A stretch of 38,834 bases of DNA from Acutalibacteraceae bacterium (lineage in GTDB: Bacteria; Bacillota; Clostridia; Oscillospirales; Acutalibacteraceae): contig JAZUHA010000308.1 of assembly GCA_045641485.1 (NCBI GenBank), forward strand, positions 1 to 38,834. Reading direction: 5' to 3'. Made by a program: the position numbers and the translations under genes. The notes below the pieces were generated by a model. The model was not told the origin of the DNA and ran no database searches. It saw nothing but the letters and a program-made list of their open reading frames with translations. Below are positions 9,384 through 19,312 of this stretch, piece by piece. Position 1 is the stretch's first letter; every line of letters begins with the position of its first letter.

Positions 9384-9982
9384 CTTCCCGAAACAAGAAC
9401 ATCCGCCCCCGCTTCTTTGCAGAGTTTTGCGGTGTTTTCATCTATACCGCCGTCAACTTCAATAAGAAGTTCCGGATTATGCTTATTTGCTTTTTCTCTT
9501 ATTGCTTTTATTTTCGGGAGCATACCGTTTAAAAATGCCTGACCGCCAAAACCCGGTTCGACAGTCATAACAAGCACCATATAAACATCTTTAATATACG
9601 GGAAAACCGCATCTGCCGGAGTACCCGGCTTTATTACAAGAGCAGGTTTTATACCTGCTTTTTTTATTGTTTCTATCGTTTGTGCGGTGCTTCCGTCACT
9701 TTCGGTATGAAATGCTATTATATCGGCACCCGCATTTTTAAATGCCTCTATATACTTTAACGGCTCACTTATCATAAGGTGGCAGTCAAGCGGTTTTTTC
9801 GTACATTTTCGTATTGCGGTCACAACCGGCACACCGAATGAAAGATTCGGCACAAACTGACCGTCCATAATATCTATATGCACCATATCGGCACCGGCAC
9901 GGTCAATTTTTTCAATCTCTCTTTTAAGGCAGGAAACATCTGCCGAAAGAAGCGATGGTGAAACAAGAATTTTTCTTTTCAT
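9329..9982 (-). CDS. rpe: ribulose-phosphate 3-epimerase
   Basis: 217-aa ORF; SLLSAD, HIDIMDG, MTVEPGFGGQ, VDGG motifs. Confidence 0.93.
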   Translation of the reverse strand: MKRKILVSPSLLSADVSCLKREIEKIDRAGADMVHIDIMDGQFVPNLSFGVPVVTAIRKCTKKPLDCHLMISEPLKYIEAFKNAGADIIAFHTESDGSTAQTIETIKKAGIKPALVIKPGTPADAVFPYIKDVYMVLVMTVEPGFGGQAFLNGMLPKIKAIREKANKHNPELLIEVDGGIDENTAKLCKEAGADVLVSGSYIFSAEDTHFAVESLRS

Positions 9983-10863
9983 TTTAAGTACTCCGCAACA
10001 ATTTGAAGTGTCGCTTTTTTATCTTTGTCAATTTGTTTTTTTAAACCGGCAAGGTCGTTGAATTTTTGTTCGTTTCGTATTTTCTTTAAAAGTTTTACCG
10101 TAATATTCCGCCCGTACAAATCACCTGAAAAGCCGAGAATATGCGTTTCACTTCTCTCTTTGCTGTTTCCTATGGTCGGGCGAATACCTATATTGGCAAC
10201 AGAAGGATATTTTTTGCCGTCTATCTCGGTTACCGCAACATAAACGCCGTAACCGGGAACGGTAAATCCGTCTTCAAAAAACTGATTTATTGTAGGAGCA
10301 TCAATAGTTCTTCCGCGCTTGTCACCGTGAAAAACAGTAAAATCATACGAAAATTCCCTGCCGAGCATTTTATTTGCTTTTTCTATATCTCCTGTTTTAA
10401 TTAAACTGCGTATTCTTGTGGAACTTACGGGCTCGTTTTCAAACATAACAGGCTCATTTATAATAAGTTTAACGCCGTTTTTTTTGCAAAGTCTGTTTAA
10501 AAGTTCAACTTCGCCCGAAGCGTTTTTACCGAAACGGTAATTAAATCCGACGGAAATAACCTTTGCACCGAATTTTTCGAGTAATATTTTATAAAAGAAA
10601 TCTTCGGGCGACAAATCCGCTATTTCTTTAAAATCAAGAAAAATCGGCTCTGCACCCCAAGATGACAATATTCTTTTTTCTTCACTTTCGGTTAAAAGTT
10701 TTGTCGGAGAAGTTCCGCTCAAAACCTTTTGCGGATGCTCTTTAAACATCAGCACCCTGCGGGTTTCACAGTCACCGCAGGTTATTACTTTTTTATGCCC
10801 CGTATGAAGCCCGTCAAAAGTACCCAATGCAAAAAAAGTACCGCTGTTTTTTATATTGGTCAT
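9979..10863 (-). CDS. ribF: bifunctional riboflavin kinase / FAD synthetase
   Basis: 294-aa ORF; GTFDGLHTGH nucleotidyltransferase motif, C-terminal riboflavin kinase PTIN...G motifs; downstream of truB. Confidence 0.9.
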   Translation of the reverse strand: MTNIKNSGTFFALGTFDGLHTGHKKVITCGDCETRRVLMFKEHPQKVLSGTSPTKLLTESEEKRILSSWGAEPIFLDFKEIADLSPEDFFYKILLEKFGAKVISVGFNYRFGKNASGEVELLNRLCKKNGVKLIINEPVMFENEPVSSTRIRSLIKTGDIEKANKMLGREFSYDFTVFHGDKRGRTIDAPTINQFFEDGFTVPGYGVYVAVTEIDGKKYPSVANIGIRPTIGNSKERSETHILGFSGDLYGRNITVKLLKKIRNEQKFNDLAGLKKQIDKDKKATLQIVAEYLK

Positions 10864-10865
10864 AA

Positions 10866-11753
10866 TTATACTTCCGAATATATTCTTTTTACAGTCATAT
10901 TTTCGTTTCCGTCAAGTATTTCACCCATACCGAGAAACTTTTTTTCCGAATACACTCTTGTAAGCCCCGTTATATTTCCCGTATAAAATCTGTCTTTTGA
11001 AAGTTCTCCGCCGTTTAAAAATCTTTTGCCCTGCGCCGGTGTCACATTTACAGACGGATATGCTTTCATAAGTTCTTCGACAGAAATAAAGGCTTCCGCT
11101 AAAGTGCCGTTTTCTTTCATACCGAAAAGTTCATCTGCCGATTTACATTTACTTAACGGAATGTTGCAGGCGGAAGTTCTTAAAAGAGATGTCATAACGG
11201 CACCCGTACCGAGAACTTCGCCTATATCGTTAATAAGAGTTCTTATATATGTACCGGAAGAACATTTTACGCTTAAAGAAAAGTTGTTTTCGCTTTTTTC
11301 CGTTACAGAAAGCGAAAAAATCTCACATTCTCTTTCCTCACGCTCTGCGGTTTCGCCTTTTCTTGCAATTTCGTACAGACGAACGCCGTCTTTTTTTACG
11401 GCGGAATACATAGGCGGTAACTGCTTTATTTTACCCGTAAATTCGGGAAGCACCGATAAAATATCGCCGTACTTTGCGGTTTTATTATATTCTTTTGTAA
11501 CCGTACCCCATATATCAAGCGTATCTGTTACCGCCCCGGTTTTAAAAGTTGCTTCGTAAGACTTTGTGTGGTCGGGTAAAAGTTCGATAAATCTTGTCGC
11601 TCCGCCCACGGCAACAGGCAAAACGCCGGTTGCCATAGGGTCAAGCGTACCCGTGTGACCGCACTTTTTTTCGTTTGTCAACTTGCGAATTTGCGAAACA
11701 ACCTTAAAGGAAGTGGTATTTTCAACTTTATATACAGGTAAAAACCCCGTCAT
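10866..11753 (-). CDS. truB: tRNA pseudouridine(55) synthase
   Basis: 295-aa ORF; catalytic GHTGTLDPMATGVL motif. Confidence 0.92.
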   Translation of the reverse strand: MTGFLPVYKVENTTSFKVVSQIRKLTNEKKCGHTGTLDPMATGVLPVAVGGATRFIELLPDHTKSYEATFKTGAVTDTLDIWGTVTKEYNKTAKYGDILSVLPEFTGKIKQLPPMYSAVKKDGVRLYEIARKGETAEREERECEIFSLSVTEKSENNFSLSVKCSSGTYIRTLINDIGEVLGTGAVMTSLLRTSACNIPLSKCKSADELFGMKENGTLAEAFISVEELMKAYPSVNVTPAQGKRFLNGGELSKDRFYTGNITGLTRVYSEKKFLGMGEILDGNENMTVKRIYSEV

Positions 11754-11777
11754 AACATACCGCTTCCTTTCATTGTT

Positions 11778-12719
11778 TTATAAAGATTTTTTAATTGAAT
11801 CAAGAAGCAGTTCTTTTGCTTCGTCATATCCGCATTTAAGAGTACAGCCCGACGCACCCTTGTGACCGCCGCCGCCGAGTCTTTTGCAAATCTCCGAAGC
11901 ATCGATTTCCGTTCCCGTTCTTACGGAAACACCGAAACTGCCGTCTTTTTTCTCTTTTATTACCGCACCCACAAGAACGCCCTCAATTTTACGGGGAAAA
12001 GCATTTATATCATAACATTCCTGCTCATTGGAACCGCTTTTTTTATACATATCCTGCATTACGGTAATAATTGCAACCTTTTCGTCAAAATGATATTCGA
12101 GTGTTTTTTTCGCAAGAAGTTCTAATTTGAGGAGACTTTTTGTTTTAGTCTCAAACATAAGTTTGTTTATCTTGTTAAAATCAATACCGATATCAAAAAG
12201 TTCTGCCGCCGTGCGGAATGTCGCAGAAGTTGTATTTTGATACCTGAAACATCCCGTATCCGTCGAAATACCCGTATAGATACACTCCGCAAGATATTTA
12301 TCGGGTGTAATACCGCACTCCTTAATGAGTTCATACATTATTTCACAAGCCGCCGCACGCTCGCAAAGAAGCGTTTTTTCGGCATAAAATGTATTTGACA
12401 AATGGTGATCTATGCAAAGATTGACTTTGTCGCCGTATTTTTCGCACAGAGAACCCAAAAGTTTTTTATCCGCAACATCAAGTGCAACAATATACTGCGG
12501 TTCGATATCATCGTTTTGCGCTTCTGCCGAAATATATGAAAAGTCTTTCGGTATTTCATCGGCGCACAAAAACATTCTTTTTTTGCCGAGGAGTTTTAAA
12601 ACACGCATAAGTGCATAAGCACAACCGAGCGTATCGCCGTCGGGATGCTCGTGAGAAAGAATAAGAAAATTATCTTTTTCACGAAGCAATGCGGCACATT
12701 CTTTTAAATCTGTATTCAT
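11778..12719 (-). CDS. nrnA: DHH-family phosphoesterase (NrnA-like oligoribonuclease / pAp phosphatase)
   Basis: 313-aa ORF; HEHPDGD, DHH and GGGH motifs; conserved position after rbfA. Confidence 0.75.
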   Translation of the reverse strand: MNTDLKECAALLREKDNFLILSHEHPDGDTLGCAYALMRVLKLLGKKRMFLCADEIPKDFSYISAEAQNDDIEPQYIVALDVADKKLLGSLCEKYGDKVNLCIDHHLSNTFYAEKTLLCERAAACEIMYELIKECGITPDKYLAECIYTGISTDTGCFRYQNTTSATFRTAAELFDIGIDFNKINKLMFETKTKSLLKLELLAKKTLEYHFDEKVAIITVMQDMYKKSGSNEQECYDINAFPRKIEGVLVGAVIKEKKDGSFGVSVRTGTEIDASEICKRLGGGGHKGASGCTLKCGYDEAKELLLDSIKKSL

Positions 12720-13081
12720 ACATCTTCCTCTTGTTCGGGTTTAACAAGCGTTTCGAGTTTTTTTGCTATTTCCATACCGTATTCTATGGAATTATCCGCA
12801 ATAAAGCGCAATTCCGGCGCTTTACGAAGTCTTAAGCGGTTCCCCACCTCACGGCGGATATATCCCGAAGCATTTGTAAGAGCCTTAACAGCCGATTTTG
12901 CAACATCGATTCCTTCAAACGCACTGACATAAACCTTTACAAATGACAAATCGTGTGCAACCTCACAACGGGCAACCGTAATAATATGTTCCGCTATACG
13001 CGGGTCTTTAAGTTCTCTTACAACTGCGGTAATTTCACGCTTTATATCTTCAGCGGCTCTGTCCTGTTTATATACGCCCAT
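12716..13081 (-). CDS. rbfA: ribosome-binding factor A
   Basis: 121-aa ORF directly downstream of infB; typical RbfA N-terminus (R..R....I..E). Confidence 0.88.
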   Translation of the reverse strand: MGVYKQDRAAEDIKREITAVVRELKDPRIAEHIITVARCEVAHDLSFVKVYVSAFEGIDVAKSAVKALTNASGYIRREVGNRLRLRKAPELRFIADNSIEYGMEIAKKLETLVKPEQEEDV

Positions 13082-13104
13082 AATATATCTTTCCTTTTTC
13101 GGTA

Positions 13105-15570
13105 TCAGTCGGAATATTCCTCTGTTACGTATGCTTCGAGGATATCTCCCTCTTTAATATCGTTGAATTTATTAAGTCCTACACCGCATTCGTACCCGGA
13201 AGCAACTTCTTTAACATCGTCTTTAAATCTCTTAAGAGATGCAATATCGTCTTCAAATACAACAATACCATCACGAACAACACGGATTTTTGCATTACGG
13301 GCAATCTTGCCGTCTGTTACATAGCAACCTGCTATTGTGCCGACACTTGAAAGTTTGAATACGTTTCTTACCTCGGCTTTACCGAGTTCAACATCGTGGA
13401 ACTTGGGAGCAAGCATACCCTTAATGGCGGCTTTGATTTCGTCTATGCAGTCATAGATAACACGGTACATTCTCATCTCTACGCCGTCACGCTCCGCATT
13501 GCTTACCGCAACTGCATCGGGACGTACATTAAAGCCTACGATAATTGCATTGGAAGCATTTGCAAGCATAACATCGGATTCGTTAACCGCACCTACGCCG
13601 CCGTGAATAACCCTTACACGAACTTCTTCGTTTGAAAGTTCCTCAAGACTCTGACGGACAGCCTCAACCGAACCCTGAACATCGGCTTTAACTATAACAT
13701 TAAGGTCTTTAAGTTCACCGTCGTTAATGGAGTCAAAGAGATTGTCAAGAGTAACTTTCTGATACTGCTTGAACTGCTCTTCTTTTTCTTTCTGCTTACG
13801 CTGTTCGACAAGTTCTCTTGCAAGGCGCTCATCGCTTACGCAGTCGAATGCATCTCCGCCCGTGGGAACTTCGGTAAGACCCGTAATTTCAACGGGAACG
13901 GAAGGACCTGCCTCGTCAACCTTTCTGCCTTTATCATCCGTCATAACACGGATTCTGCCGACAGACGTACCTGCAACAATTATATCACCCGTTTTAACGG
14001 TACCGTTCTGAACAAGGATTGTAGCAACGGGACCTCTGCCCTTATCGAGTCTTGCTTCAATAACAATACCTTTACCTGCACGGTTGGGGTTTGCTTTTAA
14101 TTCTTTCATCTCGGCAACAAGAAGCACGGATTCAAGAAGTTTATCTATATTCATTCTTGTTTTTGCGGAAACGGGAACACAGATAACATCACCGCCCCAT
14201 TCTTCGGGAACGAGTTCGTGTTCCGTGAGTTGCTGAAGAACTCTGTCGGGAGAAGCGCCGGGCTTATCCATTTTATTAACCGCAACAACAACGCTTACGC
14301 CTGCGGCTTTTGCGTGGTTAATGGCTTCTACAGTCTGCGGCATAATACCGTCATCTGCGGCAACAACAAGTATTGCGATATCCGTTGCCATGGCGCCTCG
14401 TGCACGCATGGCGGTAAACGCCGCATGACCGGGAGTATCAAGGAATGTAATATCCTGACCGTCAAGATTTACTCTGTAAGCACCGATATGCTGTGTTATA
14501 CCGCCTGCCTCGGTATCTGTAACGGATGTATTCCTTATAGCATCGAGAAGTGATGTTTTACCGTGGTCAACATGACCCATAACAACAACAACGGGACTTC
14601 TCGGAACAAGGTTTTCTTCATTATCTTCGCTGTCGTCTATGATTCTGTCCTCAATGGTAACAACAACTTCTTTTTTAACCTTTGCACCGAGTTCGGTGGC
14701 AACTATTTCCGCTGTATCAAAATCAATAACCTCGTTTACCGTTGCCATAACGCCGAGTGAGAAAAGTTTTTTGATAACTTCTGCGGCAGTTCTTTTAAGG
14801 AGAGCCGCAAGGTCGCTGACGGTAATTTCATCGGGAACGGTAATAACAAGCGTTTTCTTTGCTCTTTCAGCCTCAATTCTTTTAAGTCTTTCGGCTTCCG
14901 TCTCCTTCTTCTTGGAGCGCATACCCTGCTGTTTTCTGTACTGCTGGCTCTTCTGTTTTAATTTCTGCTTATTCTGAACATTATCATTGATTGATCTTAC
15001 GGGAGCGATATTTTCATATTTCTCGTTGTATTTTTCAAGGTCGGTATTATCCGCTCTTGTATCAATGGTAAGTCTTTCGCCCTTTGTTCTTGCCTGCAAA
15101 GGTCCGTCGTTCTTTTTCTCACGCTTTTTAAACGGCGTAGGATCGGAAACGCCTTTTTTGTGCTCGGGCTTATTCTGTTCCTTTTTATCTGCCGGTTTTT
15201 TATTCCCGCCTTTTTCAGGTTGAGTTTTTGCATCTGCCTTGCTCTGCGGTTTCTTTTCGGATTTTTCCTTATTTTCGGATACAGTTTTTTCTTTTGCTTC
15301 AGATTTTTTCCCTGCGGTTTTATTATCTTCAGACTTCTTTTCTGCTTTCTTTTCCACGGGTTTCTGCATTGCAAAATAAGCGTTAAAGTTTTCAACTTCG
15401 TTTTCCTGAGTTAAAACATCAAATATTATGTCAAGTTCTTTGTTTTCAAGTGCTGTCTGACTTTTTTTCGGTTCATCAAAGAATTTTGCAAGTAATTCAA
15501 TTATCTCTTTTGAATTTTTGCCGAAATCCTTTGCAACATCGTTAAGTTTGTATTTATTGGTTACAGGCAT
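13105..15570 (-). CDS. infB: translation initiation factor IF-2
   Basis: 821-aa ORF; K/E-rich N-terminal region, GTPase motifs [18 protein letters not shown]. Confidence 0.97.
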   Translation of the reverse strand: MPVTNKYKLNDVAKDFGKNSKEIIELLAKFFDEPKKSQTALENKELDIIFDVLTQENEVENFNAYFAMQKPVEKKAEKKSEDNKTAGKKSEAKEKTVSENKEKSEKKPQSKADAKTQPEKGGNKKPADKKEQNKPEHKKGVSDPTPFKKREKKNDGPLQARTKGERLTIDTRADNTDLEKYNEKYENIAPVRSINDNVQNKQKLKQKSQQYRKQQGMRSKKKETEAERLKRIEAERAKKTLVITVPDEITVSDLAALLKRTAAEVIKKLFSLGVMATVNEVIDFDTAEIVATELGAKVKKEVVVTIEDRIIDDSEDNEENLVPRSPVVVVMGHVDHGKTSLLDAIRNTSVTDTEAGGITQHIGAYRVNLDGQDITFLDTPGHAAFTAMRARGAMATDIAILVVAADDGIMPQTVEAINHAKAAGVSVVVAVNKMDKPGASPDRVLQQLTEHELVPEEWGGDVICVPVSAKTRMNIDKLLESVLLVAEMKELKANPNRAGKGIVIEARLDKGRGPVATILVQNGTVKTGDIIVAGTSVGRIRVMTDDKGRKVDEAGPSVPVEITGLTEVPTGGDAFDCVSDERLARELVEQRKQKEKEEQFKQYQKVTLDNLFDSINDGELKDLNVIVKADVQGSVEAVRQSLEELSNEEVRVRVIHGGVGAVNESDVMLANASNAIIVGFNVRPDAVAVSNAERDGVEMRMYRVIYDCIDEIKAAIKGMLAPKFHDVELGKAEVRNVFKLSSVGTIAGCYVTDGKIARNAKIRVVRDGIVVFEDDIASLKRFKDDVKEVASGYECGVGLNKFNDIKEGDILEAYVTEEYSD

Positions 15571-15571
15571 A

Positions 15572-15853
15572 TTATTCCTCCCCGAACATTAATATGAATT
15601 TTGCGGCAAAACCGTCATCCGTAACGGCAAAGACCGCTGATTTTTTACCTACTCCCGAAGAAAACTCCTCCATGGTAAAATCCATTGTAATACATTTGCA
15701 TTTACAAAGTGAAGTTATTTCGTCACGAAGTCTCTGTGAAGAGTCGCTTGTAAAAAGCACAAGTTTTGCTTTTCTTTTAACAACGGCTTCTTTTACGGTA
15801 TCGTGCCCCATACAAAGTTTTCCCGCTTTTCGGCAAATACCGGAAAAGCCCAA
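15572..15853 (-). CDS. ylxQ: L7Ae-family RNA-binding protein (YlxQ-like)
   Basis: 93-aa ORF between ylxR and infB; RKAGKL ... KAKLV motif. Start codon uncertain: TTG at 15853 lies far from the GGAGG at about 15878-15882. Confidence 0.6.
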   Translation of the reverse strand: MGFSGICRKAGKLCMGHDTVKEAVVKRKAKLVLFTSDSSQRLRDEITSLCKCKCITMDFTMEEFSSGVGKKSAVFAVTDDGFAAKFILMFGEE

Positions 15854-15886
15854 AATCTTTACAGTTTCCGTAATAATTCCTCCGGT

Positions 15887-16150
15887 TTAAAGAGTCAGTT
15901 GTTTTTCCAATTCGTTATATATTTCCTCGGGAATCTGCATTTCAAAGGATTTTTCAAAACGCCTTGATTTTTTAGCTTTTTTAAAACATTCGGCACTTTT
16001 GCAAATATATGCGCCTCTGCCGTTCTTTTTGCCGGTAAGGTCAAGTTCGATTTTCCCTTCGGGCGTTTTAACGACCCTTACAAGTTCCTTTTTCGGCTTC
16101 ATTTCATTACAGCCGTTGCATTTTCTCAAGGGTATCTTTTTTTCTGCCAT
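15887..16150 (-). CDS. ylxR: YlxR/RnpM (DUF448) family RNA-binding protein
   Basis: 87-aa ORF after nusA; PLRKCNGC ... GRGAYIC motifs. Confidence 0.85.
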   Translation of the reverse strand: MAEKKIPLRKCNGCNEMKPKKELVRVVKTPEGKIELDLTGKKNGRGAYICKSAECFKKAKKSRRFEKSFEMQIPEEIYNELEKQLTL

Positions 16151-16157
16151 TTTTTCC

Positions 16158-17252
16158 TCACTTACTCTGCGGAATATAAAAACCGCTTTCGGGTTTGATA
16201 TCTATTTTCCAACCGGTGAGTCTTGCGGCAAGACGGGCATTCTGACCTTTGTTGCCTATTGCAAGTGAAAGTTGTGTATCCGGCACCGTTACGTGGCAGG
16301 CTTTCTCGTTTTCGGCATCAATTTCAACAAGCAAAACATCTGCCGGAGCAAGTGCCGCTGCAACGAATTTTTTCGGATCTTCGTCATATACTACAATATC
16401 GATTTTTTCGCCGCCGAGCGCTTCTACGATACCGCCGACACGGGAACCTCTCGGTCCTATGCAGGCGCCTACGGGGTCAAGATTTTCGTCTTTTGAAAGA
16501 ACTGCGATTTTCGTTCTTGAGCCGGCTTCTCTTGCAACCGATTTAATTTCAACGGTTCCGTCATAAATCTCGGGAACTTCTGTTTCAAAAAGTCTTTTTA
16601 CAAGTCCCGGATGGGTTCTTGAAATCATCGCTTTCGGACCTTTTTCCGTTTCACGTACATCTACTATATAAATTTTTACAAGGTCGCCGTCTGCAAATGT
16701 TTCACCGGGAACCTGCTCGCCCTTAGGAAGGATTGCTTCGGATTTACCTATTTCAAGAGTAACATTGCCGGTTTTCGGATCTACCCTCTGAACTTTACCC
16801 GTTACAAGTTCCTGCTGTTTTGAGCGGAACTCACGCATCATCATACCTCTTTCGGCATCACGAATTCCCTGACGGATAACATTTTTTGCGGTCTGTGCGG
16901 CAATTCTGCCGAATTCTTTTGTTTCGAGAACAACCTCAACCACATCTCCGGGAAGCGCCGCTTTTTTATATTTTGCGGCATCGGTTACGCTGATTTCGGT
17001 GTTGTCGTCAGCAACTTCTTCAACAACGGTCTTTTTAAGATAAACACGAAGTTCGCATTTTTCCGGATCACAATCGCAAAATACAACATCCGCTCCGCCG
17101 TAATCTTTTCTTACGGAAGTAACTATTGCGGCACAAACTTTTTCAAGGAGATAATCTGCAGGGATTCCTCTTTCCTGTTCAAGAAGAGAAATTGCCTCAA
17201 AAAACTCCTTATTTTCATTACTTTTTACTGATTTTGCCGTTTTTCTTGCCAT
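16158..17252 (-). CDS. nusA: transcription termination/antitermination factor NusA
   Basis: S1 and KH domain pattern (GACIGPRGSRV, AIGNKGQNARLA). ATG at 17252 preferred over the TTG at 17282 given in the ORF track. Confidence 0.93.
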   Translation of the reverse strand: MARKTAKSVKSNENKEFFEAISLLEQERGIPADYLLEKVCAAIVTSVRKDYGGADVVFCDCDPEKCELRVYLKKTVVEEVADDNTEISVTDAAKYKKAALPGDVVEVVLETKEFGRIAAQTAKNVIRQGIRDAERGMMMREFRSKQQELVTGKVQRVDPKTGNVTLEIGKSEAILPKGEQVPGETFADGDLVKIYIVDVRETEKGPKAMISRTHPGLVKRLFETEVPEIYDGTVEIKSVAREAGSRTKIAVLSKDENLDPVGACIGPRGSRVGGIVEALGGEKIDIVVYDEDPKKFVAAALAPADVLLVEIDAENEKACHVTVPDTQLSLAIGNKGQNARLAARLTGWKIDIKPESGFYIPQSK

Positions 17253-17288
17253 TTTCTTACCAATCCTTTCAAACTCGGTCAAAGTATT

Positions 17289-17756
17289 TTAAAAATCAAA
17301 GTCATCAAGCTTCACAAAAGCCGTTTCTTTTTTACCGGCGGTCATTTCGGTTTCGTCGTCAATCATAATGGTGATATCACCGTTTTCCGAATAGCCGGTT
17401 AAAATTCCTTTAAATTCCCTTTTGCCGTCACACGGGCGAATGAGCCTTAAAATAACCTTTTCACCCATAGCGTACTCAAAATGAAAATCTCTTGTAAGCT
17501 TTCTTTCCACTCCGGGGGAAGATACCTGCAGGTTATACGCTTTGTCTATCGGGTCTTTTTCATCAAGCGGAGCATCAAGAGCGTGGCTCATATTAACGCA
17601 ATCGTCTATTCCCACGCCGCCCTCTTTGTCTATAAAAACTCTGAGGTAATAATTTGCACCCTCTTTTTCAAAAACCACATCCCAAAGGATAAGTCCCAAT
17701 TCATCGGCAATGGGTTTTGCAATATCCCACACTGCAGACACGGTATTCTTTGCCAT
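17289..17756 (-). CDS. rimP: ribosome maturation factor RimP
   Basis: Conserved position upstream of nusA; LEVSSPG-like motif (LQVSSPGVERKL). Start moved to the internal ATG (MAKNTV...) because the longer ORF runs through an upstream hairpin. Confidence 0.85.
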   Translation of the reverse strand: MAKNTVSAVWDIAKPIADELGLILWDVVFEKEGANYYLRVFIDKEGGVGIDDCVNMSHALDAPLDEKDPIDKAYNLQVSSPGVERKLTRDFHFEYAMGEKVILRLIRPCDGKREFKGILTGYSENGDITIMIDDETEMTAGKKETAFVKLDDFDF

Positions 17757-17785
17757 AGTACACCCCTTTTCAGCATTTACAACAG

Positions 17786-17815
17786 TTGAGAGCAGACGGT
17801 TTCGTCTGCTCTCAA
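17786..17815 (-). terminator. perfect 13-bp hairpin between the CHAP gene stop and the rimP start
   Basis: TTGAGAGCAGACG-GTTT-CGTCTGCTCTCAA. No clear U-run on the minus strand, so terminator function is uncertain. Confidence 0.35.
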
Positions 17816-17877
17816 TCTGCTTATATTCTAACGGTAATAAGTATATCACACAAATTTATTTTATGCAATAGATTTTG

Positions 17878-19110
17878 TTAATTTTTTTGCCAAACCGCAA
17901 ATAAAACCGTATCTTTTTTAAACATTACTTTACTTTTTGCGGTATAATCGGGCATTTTTGCATTTTCCGACAGCGCCCAGCCGAGGAATTTGCAGTTTTC
18001 CTTTACCGGAATAACGGAAGTTAAAGATATCTTTTCCTTCTTTTTGCAAATCTGCTCGCACGGGGTGTTTTCTCCGCCGTTTGAATTATACGAAATAACA
18101 ACATTTTCGCTTTCTTTATATTTCACTATAAATCCGGCTTTTTTATTTTTACCGTATTTCTTTAAAGAAACATCCGCATATTTTTTTGAATTTAAAATAA
18201 CGCCGTTTTCAATAAAATAACCTTTCGATGATTTCAAAATAAGCGGCAGAAGCTGTTTTTCGGCAGCACTCAATTCACAAACCAACAAGCCTTTTTTGGC
18301 TTTTGCAAACGACTTTGCAACGTAATATGAAGTCTCGGCATCGTAAATCTCGTATTTATATCCGCCGAATGAAGCCGTATTTACGGGTTTAAGCGTTTTA
18401 AGGAGTTTTTTGAGTTCCGCTTTTTTTGCATCATTTTTTAAATTTCTGTAAGCAGGTCTTGCAATATAATTTATCTGTGCATTTTTATCGGAGGAATATC
18501 CGCTTGAAACCGGATATTTTACTCTCTGCACACGGTCCGTAAGATTACCCTCTACGGTATAAATATAATCGCCGTCAACCTTCTCTATTATGCCCATGTG
18601 GTCGATACAGCCATGGCTTCCCGAACAGGTACAACTGAAAAACAAATCACCGGGTTTAAGTTCTTCCCCTGATGTAAATTCAAAACATTTCGCCCCGGCA
18701 GACGGGAGAACACTGTAATAAGAATTTGAACAAGACGGAAGTTTCGGGAAAATATCCGCAGAAACACCTGCGACAAAACCGCACCAGGAAACAAAAATAT
18801 TGCACCAGTCCGTCTGATTGCCGTACCAGTCGCCGTACTCCGTGCAACTGCTGCAACCGGAACTTTCACCCGAAAGGTCATACGAAGAATCGCTTTCGTG
18901 ATAGCCGACCTGCGACAAAGCAACATTTACCACATCAACGGCATTATTACCCGTAAGTTTAACGCTTTTTAATTTTTTGTAATATATACTGTCACGGTAA
19001 GAAGACGAACCGCTGTATTTTACGCCTGCGGCGTTTACGCTCACTGCCGAAGAAAAAACAAATATAATACAAAACAATATGCAAAGAGCGTTTAATAGGC
19101 TTTTTTTCAT
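17878..19110 (-). CDS. secreted CHAP-domain amidase/peptidase with C-terminal Listeria-Bacteroides (InlB B-type) repeat
   Basis: 410-aa ORF; signal peptide. Cys (WCNIFVSWC) and His (HMGII ... TVEGN) pattern of CHAP. C-terminal FLGW ... LFAVW repeat motif. Confidence 0.7.
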   Translation of the reverse strand: MKKSLLNALCILFCIIFVFSSAVSVNAAGVKYSGSSSYRDSIYYKKLKSVKLTGNNAVDVVNVALSQVGYHESDSSYDLSGESSGCSSCTEYGDWYGNQTDWCNIFVSWCGFVAGVSADIFPKLPSCSNSYYSVLPSAGAKCFEFTSGEELKPGDLFFSCTCSGSHGCIDHMGIIEKVDGDYIYTVEGNLTDRVQRVKYPVSSGYSSDKNAQINYIARPAYRNLKNDAKKAELKKLLKTLKPVNTASFGGYKYEIYDAETSYYVAKSFAKAKKGLLVCELSAAEKQLLPLILKSSKGYFIENGVILNSKKYADVSLKKYGKNKKAGFIVKYKESENVVISYNSNGGENTPCEQICKKKEKISLTSVIPVKENCKFLGWALSENAKMPDYTAKSKVMFKKDTVLFAVWQKN

Positions 19111-19312
19111 AATAAAAAATACCTTTCATTTAAAAAATTACTGTCTGTAATAGTTATTTCAAAAAAGTAACTAAATATTACAGATTTGTAACATTTTTAC
19201 AACGAAAGGCATTATATCACAGTAAAATTTCATTTTCAACCCGAAAATTGCACTATAAATCTATGCAAAATGGCTGAATTTTTCAAAAATCAAACAAAAA
19301 ACTGCCGAAAAT

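Noticed and set aside
14997-15395. 132-aa K/R-rich ORF on the same strand as infB in another frame
   Set aside because: It lies entirely inside the low-complexity K/E-rich N-terminal region of IF-2. The purine-rich repeats keep alternative frames open, it has no SD, and it is a shadow ORF.
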